NCBI GenBank assembly: GCA_951406725.2
Contig: OX597814.1
Location: forward strand, 43,028,001 to 43,092,000
From: Octopus vulgaris
Lineage: Eukaryota
DNA: 64,000 bases
Reading direction: 5' to 3'
A program made the position numbers and the translations under genes. Positions within the stretch are counted from its first letter, which is position 1. Every line of letters starts with the position of its first letter. Shown piece after piece: positions 49,790-64,000 of this stretch. Under the pieces are notes generated by a model. That model searched no databases, was not told the origin of the DNA, and saw only the letters and a program-made list of their open reading frames with translations.

Positions 49790-51072
49790 AGATAGTCAAG
49801 CATTATAATCATTGAAAGGAGGAGAGAGAGTTATAAGTATCTAGAAGTATTAGAATCTGACAGACTACTAACTACAGAGATGAAAACAAAATTGGGAAGG
49901 ATTACATCAGAAAGCGGAGAAGGCTATAAATATCTGGGCAGTATCATTATGTAGATACTCAGCAGCTTTTGTAGATTGGACAGACACTGAATTAGCAAAG
50001 CTAGGCAGATGAAATAGGAAAGAATATGAATGGAGGATTCCACCCAGGGGCAGAAATAGCAAGATTATACCTACCTAGTTAGGAAGGTGGAGGAGGGTTA
50101 ATAACTCTTCTTGGAGTTAGCTAGAGTAGATATAGGCTCCTATGTAGGTAAGTGTGAAGATAGTTTATTAAAAGCTACTAGACTCACAGAAAGATATAGG
50201 GAAACCAAAACACCAGAGAAACATAAAAACCAGAAAAAAAAAGCAGAAAGTATCTGACTGGCCGGAAAAGGCGTTGCATCGCAGATTCCCAAAGACAGTT
50301 TCAGCAAGTAGTGAGACGTGGTTATGGCTGCAGAACGGAAAGCTGAAGAGGGAAACAGAAAATGTGTTAGTTGCTGCACAAGATCAAGCATTGAGCAATT
50401 ATTGGATGAATGACAAAATATACAAAAACCATGTAGATTATCCTAATCAAAAGAGTAACGCGTTACTCATATAGTAAGTAAATGAAGCATGATGGCACAG
50501 GAAGTATACAAGAAAAGACATGACAATGTATGGCGAGTAATCTACTGGGAGCTATTTAGAAAGCAAGTATTGGAACATACTGATAAATGGAACATAAACC
50601 TAGAAAAGTACTAGAAATACATGCTGTGGGACTTTAAAATTCAAACTGACAGAGTAATAGAAGCTAGAAGGCCTGATTTGGTAGTAGTATATGAAGGGAA
50701 TAGAAATTGCCTGATAATTGACTTTACAGTCCCAAATGCGGAAAAACTTAATATGAGAAGTATAGAAAAACTATCAAAGTACCATGACTTAGCAATTGAA
50801 TTAAAAAGACTATGGAAAATGTGGATCAAACATATCCCAGTAGTTATAGGTGCATTGGGAACTATCTCTAAAGATCTGAACAGATGGATAGAGGAAATAG
50901 GCATAAAACCCATCTGAGAACAGTGGCAGAAAACAGTGTTATTAGGGACAGCTAGGATACTTAGGAGGGTTAACATATCAGAATTCTGATACTTGGCATC
51001 CAAATCCATTTGTTGTAGCCAAATGTTAGGATTCTTTTCTTTTCCAACCGTCTAATCTGTTGAGTGTGCATG
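49790..51072 (+). mobile_element. 5'-truncated R4/Dong-like LINE relic (restriction-like endonuclease)
   Basis: SYKYL, GGGL, LVAAQDQAL, YKKRHDNV and LWDFKIQTDRVIEARRPDLVV..LIIDFTVP..EKLSKYHDLAIEL..PVVIGALG. Its 3' end abuts (TAA)n. Confidence 0.85.
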
Positions 51073-51082
51073 AATAATGATG

Positions 51083-51140
<58 letters not shown>

Positions 51141-51166
51141 GGATAATAATAATAGTAGTAGTAATG

Positions 51167-51199
<33 letters not shown>

Positions 51200-51223
51200 T
51201 TAATAACAATAATAATAATAATA
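51073..51223. repeat. (TAA)n microsatellite
   Basis: Read directly from the sequence. Confidence 0.96.
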
Positions 51224-51331
51224 TTTTCTTAATTTTGCATTGGAGGAGTGTCAGTGAAGTGCACAATATGAAAACCTTGAAGAGAAGATGTGTTTTATAT
51301 AGTAATGTTAGTATTTCAAAAGGCACAAAAA

Positions 51332-51362
<31 letters not shown>

Positions 51363-51611
51363 TTCCCCCTGATACAAATAGAACTATTCGTAAAATCTAC
51401 TTATGCTGGATATACACTGACCATGAAGAGCAATAATCTCTGTCAATCATAGATCTTGGTTCAAAACAGCCACTGGAAATTAGAATACCAATTGCTAGTC
51501 TAGCTAGTAATGAACGGCTGAATGTTCAGTTTCATTTCTTCATTCCCTCCAAAGTTTACTCAATTTCAAATGTTTTGACAACTGCAGCCAAGAAAATTAA
51601 TCATGATTGTG

Positions 51612-51995
51612 GGGAGGCGCAATGGCCTAGTGGTCAGGCCAGCGGACTCGCGGTCATTTAATCACGGTTTCGATTCCCATACCGGGCGTTGTGAGTGTTT
51701 ACTGAGCGAAAATACTTAAAGCCCCACAAGGCTCCGGCAGTGGGTGGTGGCGAATCATGCTGTACTCTTTTACCACAACTTTCTCTCACTCTTTCTTCCT
51801 GTTTCCGTTGTACTTATATTTCAAAGGACCAGCCTTGTCACACACTGTGTCACGCTGAATCTCTTCGAGAATTGCGTTAGGGGTACACATCTCTGTGGAG
51901 TGCTCAGCCACTTGCACGTTAATTTCACGAGCAGGCTCCTCCTTTGATCGGTTTAACTGGAACCCTCACCGTCGTAACCGACGGAGTGCCACGAA
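51612..51995 (+). mobile_element. tRNA-derived SINE, family C
   Basis: GGAGGCGCAATGGCCTAGTGGTCAGG (A box)...GGTTTCGATTCCC (B box), followed by a ~300-bp non-tRNA body. Confidence 0.8.
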
Positions 51996-54264
51996 TCATG
52001 TTTGTAATTTTTTGTTGATTCGGTATTTTTATTAATTTTTGTTGCGTTATCATTAATAGGTGATTTTGTTCAAACTGTAGATTTTGCCATTAAGAGAATT
52101 TTTCAATTTTATTGATCCTAAAATCTTTTAGGAACGTGTTTGGAATAATTCAAAAGCGGCATCAGTAACTTCGCACAAGAGGAGCTACAACGAAGTTATC
52201 CATGCGATGTCAGACGCTAAGTAGTTAAAATTACAATACTTTTACAATACGATTAGCGTCGTGCATTTTTCTAGGAAATTACTGAGCCGATTGGAGTGCA
52301 TATCTTTTACTTCATGTGGTAAGAAATATTTTCACTGATCAGGAGATTCTTATATTGGTCACCACCAAAGGAAAATAATTTCTGAATGCAGAGACATATG
52401 ATTCGTCTGGACAAACTGAGAGAAATACCACAGCAGATACGTCGGGTCTGCAAACTGCATGGTGGCTTTGATTTTAAACTATGCAACTTTCAACATCTCA
52501 TGTGCTTGATGGAAGTAACAAAGATGTTATATTATGGAGGAGATTCCTATTGGTTTAGGCATTCAATGCATTCTTACAATTGAGGAATGCACCCAAGAAA
52601 ATGTCTATCTAATGTGTTTAATATAATATTAATTATAAGTATAAACGCTGAAAACCTAAAAGTGCCTCTTGGTATCGAGTAGGCCATTATGAGCGTTCTT
52701 GCATACAGTGGTTTGTGGTTAGACATGATAATCAATTATGAAAATTCCTCCGCCTGTTTGAAGTGCCCGTACTTAACATACCAGCATTTCTACATGTCCG
52801 AAATGTGTGAACTGTTGCAATATTGTTCGTATGCAGATTTTGTGTATTCATATCTCGGCATATTACGCGTGCGGTACACTGATGAACTGATCAGCTTCAT
52901 TAATCCTCACTTAAATGAGAGCCGTCATTTATATGAGATAACAGGCTGTTTTCTTCTGCTGGGCAACTCTTTCGAAGGAAATTATGTCGAATACGTAGTA
53001 AAAGAAAGAAAAAACGTATTCTTTAAATACCAGAGAAAACGTTTAATTTCTTAAATACTTCTATTTTTGCGCGGTATGTTACAGAATAAACGAATATATA
53101 TAACAAGCTTTTTCTATTATGAACTGAATGAAAGTGGGCATAAAAGGTGCGTTAAAAATAATAGAGCGCAACTACTCGAGGAAAGACTTTGGAAGAGCTA
53201 CGAGAAAAAAGTGACATTAAAGTATCATATTATCGTATAAAGGAAACTAACATTGGGGAATATTTCCAGTCGAATAGTTTACGAAGTAATATTGCGGAGT
53301 GTCAATTCATACTTACCTTGAAATATAATTCAGTTATCTGCCCTCTTGAAATATAATAAAAAAAGCTTACTTACGTTCTAAGATACAGTGGTTATTAGAG
53401 AGAAATGCACAACGAACAGCCAGTAGAAATGATTCTCGAGAGAAATATATGACATAAAACGTGAAACAGAACTAAGTATAATTATAATTGAGAAGCAGCC
53501 TCTGTGGAGAAGTGAAATTCATACAATTTCACATCTATAAATCTACTAACTATCCATTATAGAATACGTGGGGACAACAATTGAAAATGTAGCATATTCT
53601 GCATGTGAGTTCAACAAATTACCTGAAAATGGATATTATAGAAAGCATAATTTCATTGTACGGTTTGTCGAACGAGAAGGGAAATTCTATGATCACCAAT
53701 ATCGTTGCATAATTGAGTCCAGACACAAGAAAATATTTCAGGATTTCTTTATCCTATATGAACAGATGATAAATCGGGGGTTACTTGACACTGTTGCAAT
53801 AACGGTAAATTGAATAGGACAATAAATAATTGATATTGCAAGTCCAGAATGTGGTAGATTTCGAATGGAAAAACAATAGAAACTGCAGATGGATGACAAT
53901 CTAAGTAGATAGAGATTGCATATATATTGCCCTTAAAGAAGATAAATGCAATGCCAATAGTGATAGGATTTTATATTATCACTACTAGATTAGACACATT
54001 CTTATCTTAAGTATGAATGAAAATTAGATAAAGATGCCTTAAATAATATAGAGGTAGATTTCTAAAAAGTGACTTGGCGAACTTTATAAATACATTATAT
54101 AAGCTGGTTACCTAAAAATATAAACGCAGATTAAGCTTGAAAAATAGATCCAGAAATAGAAATCTATAGTGCATATTACTGAAACGTAATGATGTAGTAT
54201 TTTATGTTGTTACATTCTGAATAAGCCTGTTCAGGTACGGCTTTCACCTTCATATATAAAAATG

Positions 54265-54890
54265 TGAATATCAATCTTTAGGAGCTTATAAAGGGCAATA
54301 ACACAGCAAAAGCAATTCGAATTATTCATGGTGTTTGAATGACAGAACAAGATAAAGACCTGATTTTTTTCCAAAACCGGATCAAAATAATATAGTTTGA
54401 AGAGGCGAGAATTTGCATTGTAGCCATTGAATAATTGACCGCCATATGTAATGGCTTCGAAAGATGCATAAATTCAAACATTTCTCTCCCTCCCCATAAT
54501 TTGACAGAAAAGAAACCTGCTCAGTACTAATAGGTATCTGCAATTCTCCACAGCACTCTGGTGACATTATATCATTTTTTGAAAAGAGTAGTGTCTGAAG
54601 AAGAAATGTGGATCTTTTGCAATAAAGTTAAGTAGTGCAGAAAGGGATTTTAGAACAGGCAAATTGCATCAACCAAAATTCAAAAGGGTTCTCCATCCAA
54701 GTAAGGTATTGAATGGTGTTTAGCATGATGGGGTGAATGAGAACCATATCGAGTTGCTACCTGTAATATCACAATTACAGTAGACATGTAATATCATCAG
54801 TTAGGACATCTCAACCTAAATGTGAAGGTAAAGAGGTCTGACATTCAATCCAAATAAGGAATGGTCCTCTACAAGTAACGTCATGCCTTT
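54265..54890 (+). mobile_element. Highly degenerate mariner transposase relic
   Basis: Fragments KGNNTAKAIRII, FLKRVVSEEEMWIFCN (compare IVTGDEKWI), LHPSKV and TITVDM..HQLGHL. Confidence 0.5.
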
Positions 54891-55369
54891 TCAGTGCGTA
54901 CGAATATGCGTGCACTCAGACATACGTAAGTGTTTGTGTTGCATGGAGGGAACTATCAGAATATAAGATTCCCACACTTAAGTATAGCAATACATACGGT
55001 AAAGATCCATCATTTTAAAACATGAGATAAAAAATAACTAATCACGAAAATAAGCTAATTTATTCTGCAAACGTATTTTCTGAACTAAATCTTTCCTTAC
55101 ATATCTCCAGTGAAATTGTGAAAAATGACTGAGAAATCAGATTTATGTAACTCTTCCCATGCATATACTTACATTCAAACATCTACGCTTTTGTAGATCT
55201 TGCATGGTTTACTGAAAATGCATTTGGAACATTTCCCGTTTTCATATTTCAGTCAAGAATGAGCGTTGATTACACGAACAGTGAGAGTGAAGGACACCAA
55301 GTTTCTGTTGGACCTTTCTGCTAGGAGAAAGCAAATTTGCATTTAGAAGTAAAATAAAAAAAACACTTA

Positions 55370-57150
55370 AGCGCAACAGGTTTTCTGGTCGTCTCAACCA
55401 CTGTCTCGTCACTGGAGTTGTATCTAACTGCGCTGAAAAGTTGGTTCAGTGCTGCGCAAAAAATTTATCCATCCAAAATGTCATGCACAGGATGTTCACA
55501 AAGAAGCGCTATATGGAGAGTAGAGCAGTGAAGCGTACAAGCCTGACAAGTTGTGAGTAATTGCTAACATTCATGTAGATGTCTTGAGATGAATGGCGCT
55601 TCGTTTTCATATGTGGCAAGGGAGAGATTGGGCAGCACTGCGTGTGACACTAAACCGTTTTTAGGGATAGCACTACTCATCTACTGGTAGGAAGGATCTA
55701 GAAGAGGTTATCAAAACAAAGCTTGCTTCCACCAAATTGGTCAACACCTTGAGGCTGTCGATTGTTCACTCGTGCGAGTGAAATATATATTTTCAAGAAA
55801 CCTCTGAGTTAATTCATAGACAAATAATATTCGCGAATTTCCAAATCTTAAGGTTGCGTACTGGAATGTAAGTACGGTTTTTAACTTGTTAGGATCCGTT
55901 TATCTCCTGCGTCTTACTGCTTTTTTTATGAAGGGTATTCTTCCGATAAAACTCCGACACAAGTGTTTCTGATGACAGTGTGTTAGGAGAAATAGGGTCC
56001 GACTGCATTTTATTTTACAGGAGAACATCAAGCACTCAACGACAAGGAGCTAACTCAGATCTGGTTGTGAAAACGCACTTGGTCCAACATTTGACAGAGC
56101 TGTCTCGTGGTTTCTCTGAGCGTTTCATGATACTGCGATTGCAGCTTAACTTGAAACAATTCTTCACAGTGATTAATGTTTATGTTCCAAACCTTGGCAG
56201 TCCCCACGAAACAATAAATGGCATTTATTGTAATTTGAGAACAGTTCTGAGAAATGTTGGTACGAATGACAAGCTTGCATTTCTGGAGAATCTTAATGCC
56301 TCTGTAGTAAGAGAATTTCAGTAGCATAGAAAGTCAGAGAATGGCGAAGTGCAACGCAAATCTGCTATTCCTTATGCTGTTGTATCAGGAGTCAGATCTA
56401 GTGGTTCGGGCAAAAATGTAAATATAAGACGACTTGGAAGCATCTAAGTTCGGGTCACAAGCGCATTCTCGGTTACGTGATTGTTCATCACAAAAACCTT
56501 TCAGATATAAAATCCATTCGGTGCATGCAGGTGTCTGAATGATTGACGGTTCTTAGACTCTTGCATATCTGACTGGAACTCACTATTCGGAAAAAAAGTT
56601 GATGTGTAGTAGCACGAAGGCACCTCAGTTAATCGTTGTTTCTCAATTGAAATGCCCTGCCCTGGAAAACATGGACAATACCAAGGATCAGTTCAAGCGA
56701 TCACTCTATATGTAACGGTGGTTCATGTGTAAGTTGTACCAAACATATCTGCGAATGCCAGCGCGTACGCTGGTATTTAATGAAATAAAACCTCGTAAGT
56801 AATTTAAAGAAAAAAAAAAGGAAGGACTGATGACAAAGTTGTGGGAAGAAAAGTAAGTGGCACTCTCTTGAAATGGGTACGAGTCTCTTTTGTGTGACCA
56901 GTTGGGTCGTGCGTGCTTTTCAAGTTTAGGTCTACTCAGCCTCATGTGTGCTAACGAATGAGGCTCCATTTACGAATGTGATATTCAGTGAACTCATTCG
57001 ACTTAGTAGATCCCAACATCCAGTTCATCGGAATACTGGTAGATGTTGGGGGAGGGGCAACTTGTGGTCGGTGTTGAATGATTTGTGATTCCCTTCCGAG
57101 TCTTAGGAGCAATATGAGACACCATCGAGTCGGCAAGAGTACATTTGGGA
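55370..57150 (+). mobile_element. Degenerate, internally deleted RTE LINE
   Basis: LKVAYWNVST, SERFMILRLQL..FTVINVYVP, DKLAFLENLNASV, and a terminal CGRC.MICDSLPSLRSNMRHH finger-like motif. Confidence 0.65.
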
Positions 57151-57360
57151 TGTTTCTTAGAGTGAAATATGTTCAGGAAGCACACTTACGAGTTGACTTT
57201 CTGTCATGCATGTATACATATATGCATCTATATACATATGCACATATACACACACACAAGTACACGCTCACACACACATAGACATAGAAATATATCCATG
57301 CATACATGTTTACATAAATGTTTTTATGAGCGTGTGTGGGCGGTGAATCTCGATATAATC

Positions 57361-57725
57361 TTTTTTCTTTTACTTGTTTCAATCACTTGACTGCGACCAT
57401 GCTTCAGCACCGCCTTTAGTCGAACAAATCGACGCCATGACTGTAAGCATAGTACTTATTCTATCCGTATCATTTGCCGAACCGCTAATGTTACGGTGAC
57501 GTAAACACACCGAAATTGGTTGTCGAGCGAGTGGGGGAGCAGATACAAATACGTACATTCATATATATATACGACGGGCATATTTCATTTCTGTCAACCA
57601 AATCGACTCACAAGGCTTTGGTTTGCCCCAGGCCCGAGGCTTATTAGAAGACCATTGCCCAAGAAACTGAAACCTGAACCATGTGGTTGGGAAAGCAAGT
57701 TTCTTACAACAGAGTCACATGTATG
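57361..57725 (-). mobile_element. SINE family A copy
   Basis: Colinear with 2788-3161. Confidence 0.85.
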
Positions 57726-59146
57726 AGATATATGAATTTCATTTTAAACTCAAGAAGTAGTGACAATATTTTTCGTCAATATCTCTCTCACACGGTATCA
57801 GAGTGTGTGTTTATATTTGAACAAACGATAACGTCAGAAGTGATTGTATCAGTATCTATGTTGAGATAATTATAGAAGAGTTGTGATGATAAAAAAAAAA
57901 CATTACGTTTATTTGTGTGAAGTATATGCAGGCTTCAGAGCGCGTGGTGAGAAGATATGCTAACGCTTCCCTCCACACACACATTTGCTCATATTCCCCT
58001 TGTATTGAAAAGAAATTCTGAATTGTAGACAGAGGCCTGCTGCATGTTACACGTTAAATGTGCATAAAAGCTAAACCACAGAGCAAATTGTTTAAAAAAC
58101 AATCGTATGATTTCTACTACCACAATTTTATTTCAAATATTAGACCGGCCACACTCTTGTAATTACGTTTAGCTATAATTATTAAATTATTCATTTTATT
58201 ATTGATTAATTCTTTATTTATTCTTTGTCTGATCAAGATTAAAATTAATACTACCAAATTATATTTCAGTATTCTGATACCTCACACTTTTTCTTCGAAA
58301 TAATGAGCTAGATGAATATTTTCAGACAGTGTCTTTTGATTCTACCCGATTTCATGACATTAATTAGAACAACACAATTTAACCATCGAAATTTGCATAC
58401 ATGCATCGAGCAATTAGCGATATGTTAAGCGCTTAGAAATCAATATAGTTTTCATTTAAATTTAAGTCAACCAATATTTTAAATTTTCATTTGATTTTAA
58501 AAGTTATTGAATTAACATGTTCATGGCATGGCAGCATCAATACGGAAGAAGAGATTTCTCACTTCATTAGTGTGTAAAATTATTTGATGGAGTTAATTGA
58601 AAACTTTTCAATTGGTGTAGTAGCATTTGCTCTATTCAAAACAATTTCAAATAAAACAGTACAGGTAGATTTCGCGTTTGAAGTCCTATATTTGAATGAG
58701 TATGTTTTTAAGATGATGCTTTAACTCGAAGTATGTGTTGACGATGTGCTCCTAGAAAACTTTCTGAAAATGCTACAACTAAAAGTGAGAGACCATTCAA
58801 GTTGAATGCACACCAATATCTTATTACTACTGTGTCTATACACCTCGAGAAAATATCAGTGACTTTAATATCGTCAGTAGCTCTAGAAATTCGAAGAAAA
58901 TACAAAATACAGCTTTAAGGCAAGCAATTATATTTAGAGATGTAATTCCCCATGGTCAACAATAATCTCAGAATAACCAGTGCTTGCGAAAAAACACATT
59001 TGAATTACATTACATGAATTATAAATTTATTTCTCAAAAGGATGCTAATCTTCAAATATTATGCACGTGTCTACGAAAACACCTAGCAATTCAAAATTTA
59101 AAATCTTAAAGTTTGACATCATACGATTAGTTAGAATTAGATATTA

Positions 59147-59180
59147 CTAGCAGAGATAGCCGGCATTGCTCGGGATTAAA
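59147..59180 (-). mobile_element. Helitron 3'-end fragment
   Basis: Minus: CCCGAGCAATGCCGGCTATCTCTGCTAG|T, a GC hairpin followed by CTAG. Confidence 0.5.
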
Positions 59181-59189
59181 ATGGCATAC

Positions 59190-59475
59190 TGTTTTTATTG
59201 TTTTACTAGTTACAATCGTGCGACTGCAAACCTGCTGAAGCACCGCCGTTGGCCGAAAAATTCGACCTCATTATTTAGCCTATGTAAGCAGAGCACTTAT
59301 TCTGTCCGTGTCTTTCGCCGAACCGCTAGGTTTTGGGAACATAAACACAGCAGCATCGGATGTTAATCAATAATGGGAGTACAAACACGCACAGACACAC
59401 AAATACGACAGCATTCTTTCAGTTTCCGTGTAACGAAACCTACTCACAAGGCTTTGGTCAGCCTGATACTATAAT
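59190..59475 (-). mobile_element. Diverged 5'-truncated SINE family A copy
   Basis: TGCTGAAGCACCGCC...GCCGAACCGCTAGG...TTCTTTCAGTTTCCGT...CACAAGGCTTTGGTC shared with the other copies. Confidence 0.75.
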
Positions 59476-60362
59476 ATATACACACAGTATCAGTCTTATA
59501 TATATATATAGATTATAAACAATACCTGCAGATTTTACGGTACATCCAATGCTAGGTAAAATGGCAACATTAACACGATCTAAAGCGCCTCGATATCAGT
59601 TATTTAAAATTCTACATGACAAAACGCATACTACAAACATAATATAAAACATGGAGGAAACTTAGGAATAAATTTAACAATGTTATAACCAATAACATAT
59701 TTCGACATGAAACTAATTCTGAAACTAAGTAGGTACTTCTTTGTTGCTATCTAAATCATAATTCTATATTTTAGTTCCCTATTAAATCATACGCTGTCTT
59801 TCCTATAATGCATCGTGATCGTATTTCGTAATCCCGTAATTATGCCCAATGAAGTGATTATGATATCTGCATAGTACAGCTGTTAGATATGTGATAAATT
59901 GATTATTAAATACACAGTCGAATTTCTAGACGGAATAAACGCGAGGCTACGTGAAAAATATTCTAGCGTATAAAAGCTATTATTAGCAAAATTGTACTTT
60001 TATATTTTCAACAAATGCTAATCACATTAGCTAACAAAAACGTATCTACTTGTCCCTTCAGAAAATACTTTTGAGTAGAGACATTCTCTAAAATATAATC
60101 GCATAATTCAATCCATTGATACTGATTATTAAGTAAATGCATTATTCTTATATGAAGTCCTTATATAATAACATAATTTCAATAGATATAACCTCAAAAT
60201 ATTGCACAAATATACGTTGGTATGTGAATTTGTAAATGCAAGCATATATAAACAAACGCATTCATGCACAACCAGACACATACATACATATACACTCACA
60301 CACATGCGCACGTACGTGTACATACATATATACGTATATATATTTACATATATATACATATA

Positions 60363-60527
60363 TACGACGGGCTTCTTTCAGTTTCCGTCTACCAAATCCA
60401 CTCACAAGGCTTTGGTCGGCCCGATGCTATAGTAGAAGACACTTGCCCAAGGTGCCATGCAGTGGGACTGAACCTGGAACCATGTGGTTGGTAAACAAGC
60501 TACTTACCACACAGCCACTCCTGCGCC
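60363..60527 (-). mobile_element. SINE family A, well-preserved tRNA-like head
   Basis: Minus: GGCGCAGGAGTGGCTGTGTGGTAAG...GGTTCCAGGTTCAGTCCCACTGC. Confidence 0.88.
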
Positions 60528-60619
60528 TATATATATATATATCAACAACAATTGACCACAAAAATTATTATTATTTGATATACAAAATGATATACAAATA
60601 TACAAAATGTTTATGTATG

Positions 60620-60650
<31 letters not shown>

Positions 60651-60654
60651 GTAA

Positions 60655-61090
<436 letters not shown>

Positions 61091-62154
61091 AGCAAGCTTC
61101 TGACGACACAGTCTCCTCTGCGCCTGAAAAAAACATATCTAATGTGATAAGTAACCTGCATAAGACACATAATTTCTATTTTGTCGTGTAATTCAGACGC
61201 TCTGTTCGATAGCCACATATTTCACTCTCTGAATTTTGATGAGATTTTAACCAAGTCACATATGTTTTATTGCTGTATTGACGATCCCCACCCCCGATGT
61301 TGATGAGAAACGTAAACCTACATCTGACAAATTGGAAATGATTTTGCTGTATTCCTCCATAAAATAACATCACTAATCATTCTAACATCGCAAAAATGAC
61401 TCAAGATTATGGAGGTGGGTTATTAGATAACCGAATTCACTTGTTTTAGGAAGAATATCTTTGTATATGATTTGAAACACTTTTCGAAACATCATTTAGT
61501 AATATGGTGGTTGTTGCTGGCACAATGATAAGTTCAAACTCGAACAAGCTTAATAATGAAAATCTCGCTGTGGTTGCGCGAATTTTTATAATAGTCAAAC
61601 ACGTTCCTTTCAAGGATATTTTAATTTCTTCGATCAAAAGTTGAATAATGTCATAGAAGAATAGACACACTCGAATAGGTATAACTACGGTTACAGATAT
61701 ATGACCAGACATTTCAATGAATATTGAAAACATTTGAAAGGAATGCCATGAAGTGTTAGATAAATACGTTCCCTTTTTTTAGAATTTCCAAACAATTTTC
61801 CAATATATCTGCTTTCTGTTGTCAGTTAAAACATTATATCTCCATCATATTCATTCCACTAAATTCATTCGCTTTTCCGACTTAGAGGTTGCGGTTTACT
61901 GGTCATTTTTACAATTGCATATGATATATGAATGTATACAAGAAAGAACATAAGCATGCGCACCTAGAAAACGAACGAAGGAAACGTAACCACAACCACA
62001 CATTTACCTACCAAGCTACTTATCTATCCATTTATCTAACTAACTAAATAATTATATATTTCCCCATCTTAATCTCTCACTGTTTCTCTCTCTCTCTCTT
62101 TGCACACCCACACACGCACACACATACACACACACACATACACACACAGATATA

Positions 62155-62190
<36 letters not shown>

Positions 62191-63484
62191 AATGTATGTG
62201 TGTGCGTGTGTACATATTGATGTATATATGAATATATATTCATTTACAGGCAAGAATCTCTATGAGAATGTATGTAAGCTCACAGACACATGCGTACATA
62301 CAAATACACATGCATATGTATGTGTGTACGAATATACTTCTAATTATATCGCGAAGTAAACATATTCTGCGGCAATGTTTAATTAAGACGACTACATTAC
62401 AAAGATATAGCAGCTGTGATAAAAGTGGAGGAGAATCAATAAATACTCAACGTTTTATGTATTGTTTCTTTAGTGGCATTCTTTTCGAGCCTTTTCGATT
62501 TTCCTTGTAAAGCAATTCAGTCTTGCATTGGTAATGGCTTCTTTGGCTGTATTAATCGAACTAGCCTGGCCTACCATAATATATAGCGCTGTGCGTAGTT
62601 CTTGTAATCGTCGTGAAGAATGTGAATATCATCAGCATCGTCATAATTGCTATCAACTCCTCCTACGGTTTTCTTATTTGCCATCGCAGCAAGTTTAATT
62701 CTCGCGGAAGCTTCATTAATATCGTCATATATTCACAATGAGCCTTACAAGTATACAGTGTGTTATCTTACTCCATACGCTTTGCAAATACTGCTGGATA
62801 AACTAACCGTATCTATCACCATCTCAAACTCCATCAGGCCATTTAACGTTTAACAACTATTCAATATAGGTGTTTATGGAAAATATGAATCTCATATGAT
62901 TTGCTTGCAGCTGTGTACAATATACATACAGGCACCAATAATATCATCATTGCTATCATTATGATTGTGATGCCATCCATGGCATAGTTATTATTTAAAC
63001 CATTATCATCATGAAGAAACGAATGCGAATATTTCATTTGTTGGTTGGTATCATCATCTGTAACATCATTAGTAGCAGTAGTAATATCAACAACACATTG
63101 GATTATTATCATTACTCTCTTTGTCGTCAGCATTTTAATCAGTTTATTCACATATCTTTAATAATACCTTCTGAAAACATCTGTATCAATATCTGATTGT
63201 CTGTACACACTTGGAAATTAATTTATTAATAAATTTATATCCTATCGCACTGTCTCCTAATTTTAGTAATTACTGAGATTTAACTGTCACCTTCAGATTC
63301 TCTGACGATCTCTAATACCTCAGGGTTAAATTATACAACAGGAAGGAATGAATATTGAAACTCGTTGTGGAAGCCTAATAGTAAGTTATAGAGTAACTAT
63401 AATTGTGCATAAACATGCAAGAACATGTGCGTATCTAGTTTCAAATTTCACGTGGTGGCATTAGAATCACACGTGACATGATAT

Positions 63485-63720
63485 TTATATACAAGCACAT
63501 ACAAATATATATACATACATATATACATACCTATATATATTCTGGACATATACATGTATGCATATATATTTATGTATATATATGTATGTATACATGTATA
63601 TATATATATATATGTGTGTGTGTAATTGATTGTATGTATGTGTGCATGTATGTGTGTATGTATGTATGCATGTATGTATGTATGTATGTATGTATGTATG
63701 TATGTATGTATGTATGTATG

Positions 63721-63751
<31 letters not shown>

Positions 63752-63800
63752 GTATACATGTACATTTGTATATCTCCTTAATATATATATATATATATAT
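63485..63800. repeat. (TATG)n/(TA)n microsatellite region
   Basis: Read directly from the sequence. Confidence 0.95.
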
Positions 63801-64000
63801 ATCAGTATTATTGTTAAGCTGAAACTGTTGCTAATGTAAATAGTAATGGAAGTGTGAAAATATATTTTTTCTTTTTTGAGAGAGCAACGCTTTGGCATTA
63901 CAGCTCTTTTCCATAATATCAATGGTGCGTATGTTTGTGCGTGTTTATGGGGGCATATATGTAACATACATAGTATATGTATATTCGCTAAAAGTGGCAT

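Noticed and set aside
62480-62850. Possible host exons (also 58700-58900 and 61440-61740)
   Set aside because: No frame with compatible splice sites and recognisable protein similarity; cannot be excluded without RNA-seq.

Overview
AT-rich, repeat-dense eukaryotic DNA with no recognisable host gene, rRNA or tRNA gene. The SINE families and very long (TA)n tracts resemble octopus (coleoid cephalopod) genomes; this is an inference. Most ORFs in the track are microsatellite artefacts. The real content is mobile elements. (1) A near-full-length CR1/L2-group LINE (minus, ~22177-27600). Its intact ORF1 carries a Myb/SANT trihelix-like domain plus a CCCH finger, it has a ~1.4 kb tandem array upstream, and there is a possible -1 frameshift junction into ORF2. 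(2) A 5'-truncated relative (31163-33952). (3) An ORF1-only zinc-knuckle retroelement (~34945-36737). (4) A rearranged non-autonomous LTR element (5355-7463) with a 31-nt tRNA-Leu complement and a perfect 71-bp internal inverted repeat. (5) Many Penelope-like fragments with at least seven hammerhead-ribozyme-like motifs. (6) RTE, Dong/R4, mariner and Helitron relics. (7) Three tRNA-derived SINE families, one sharing its 3' tail with the LINEs. All calls were made by eye; boundaries of degenerate relics are approximate.
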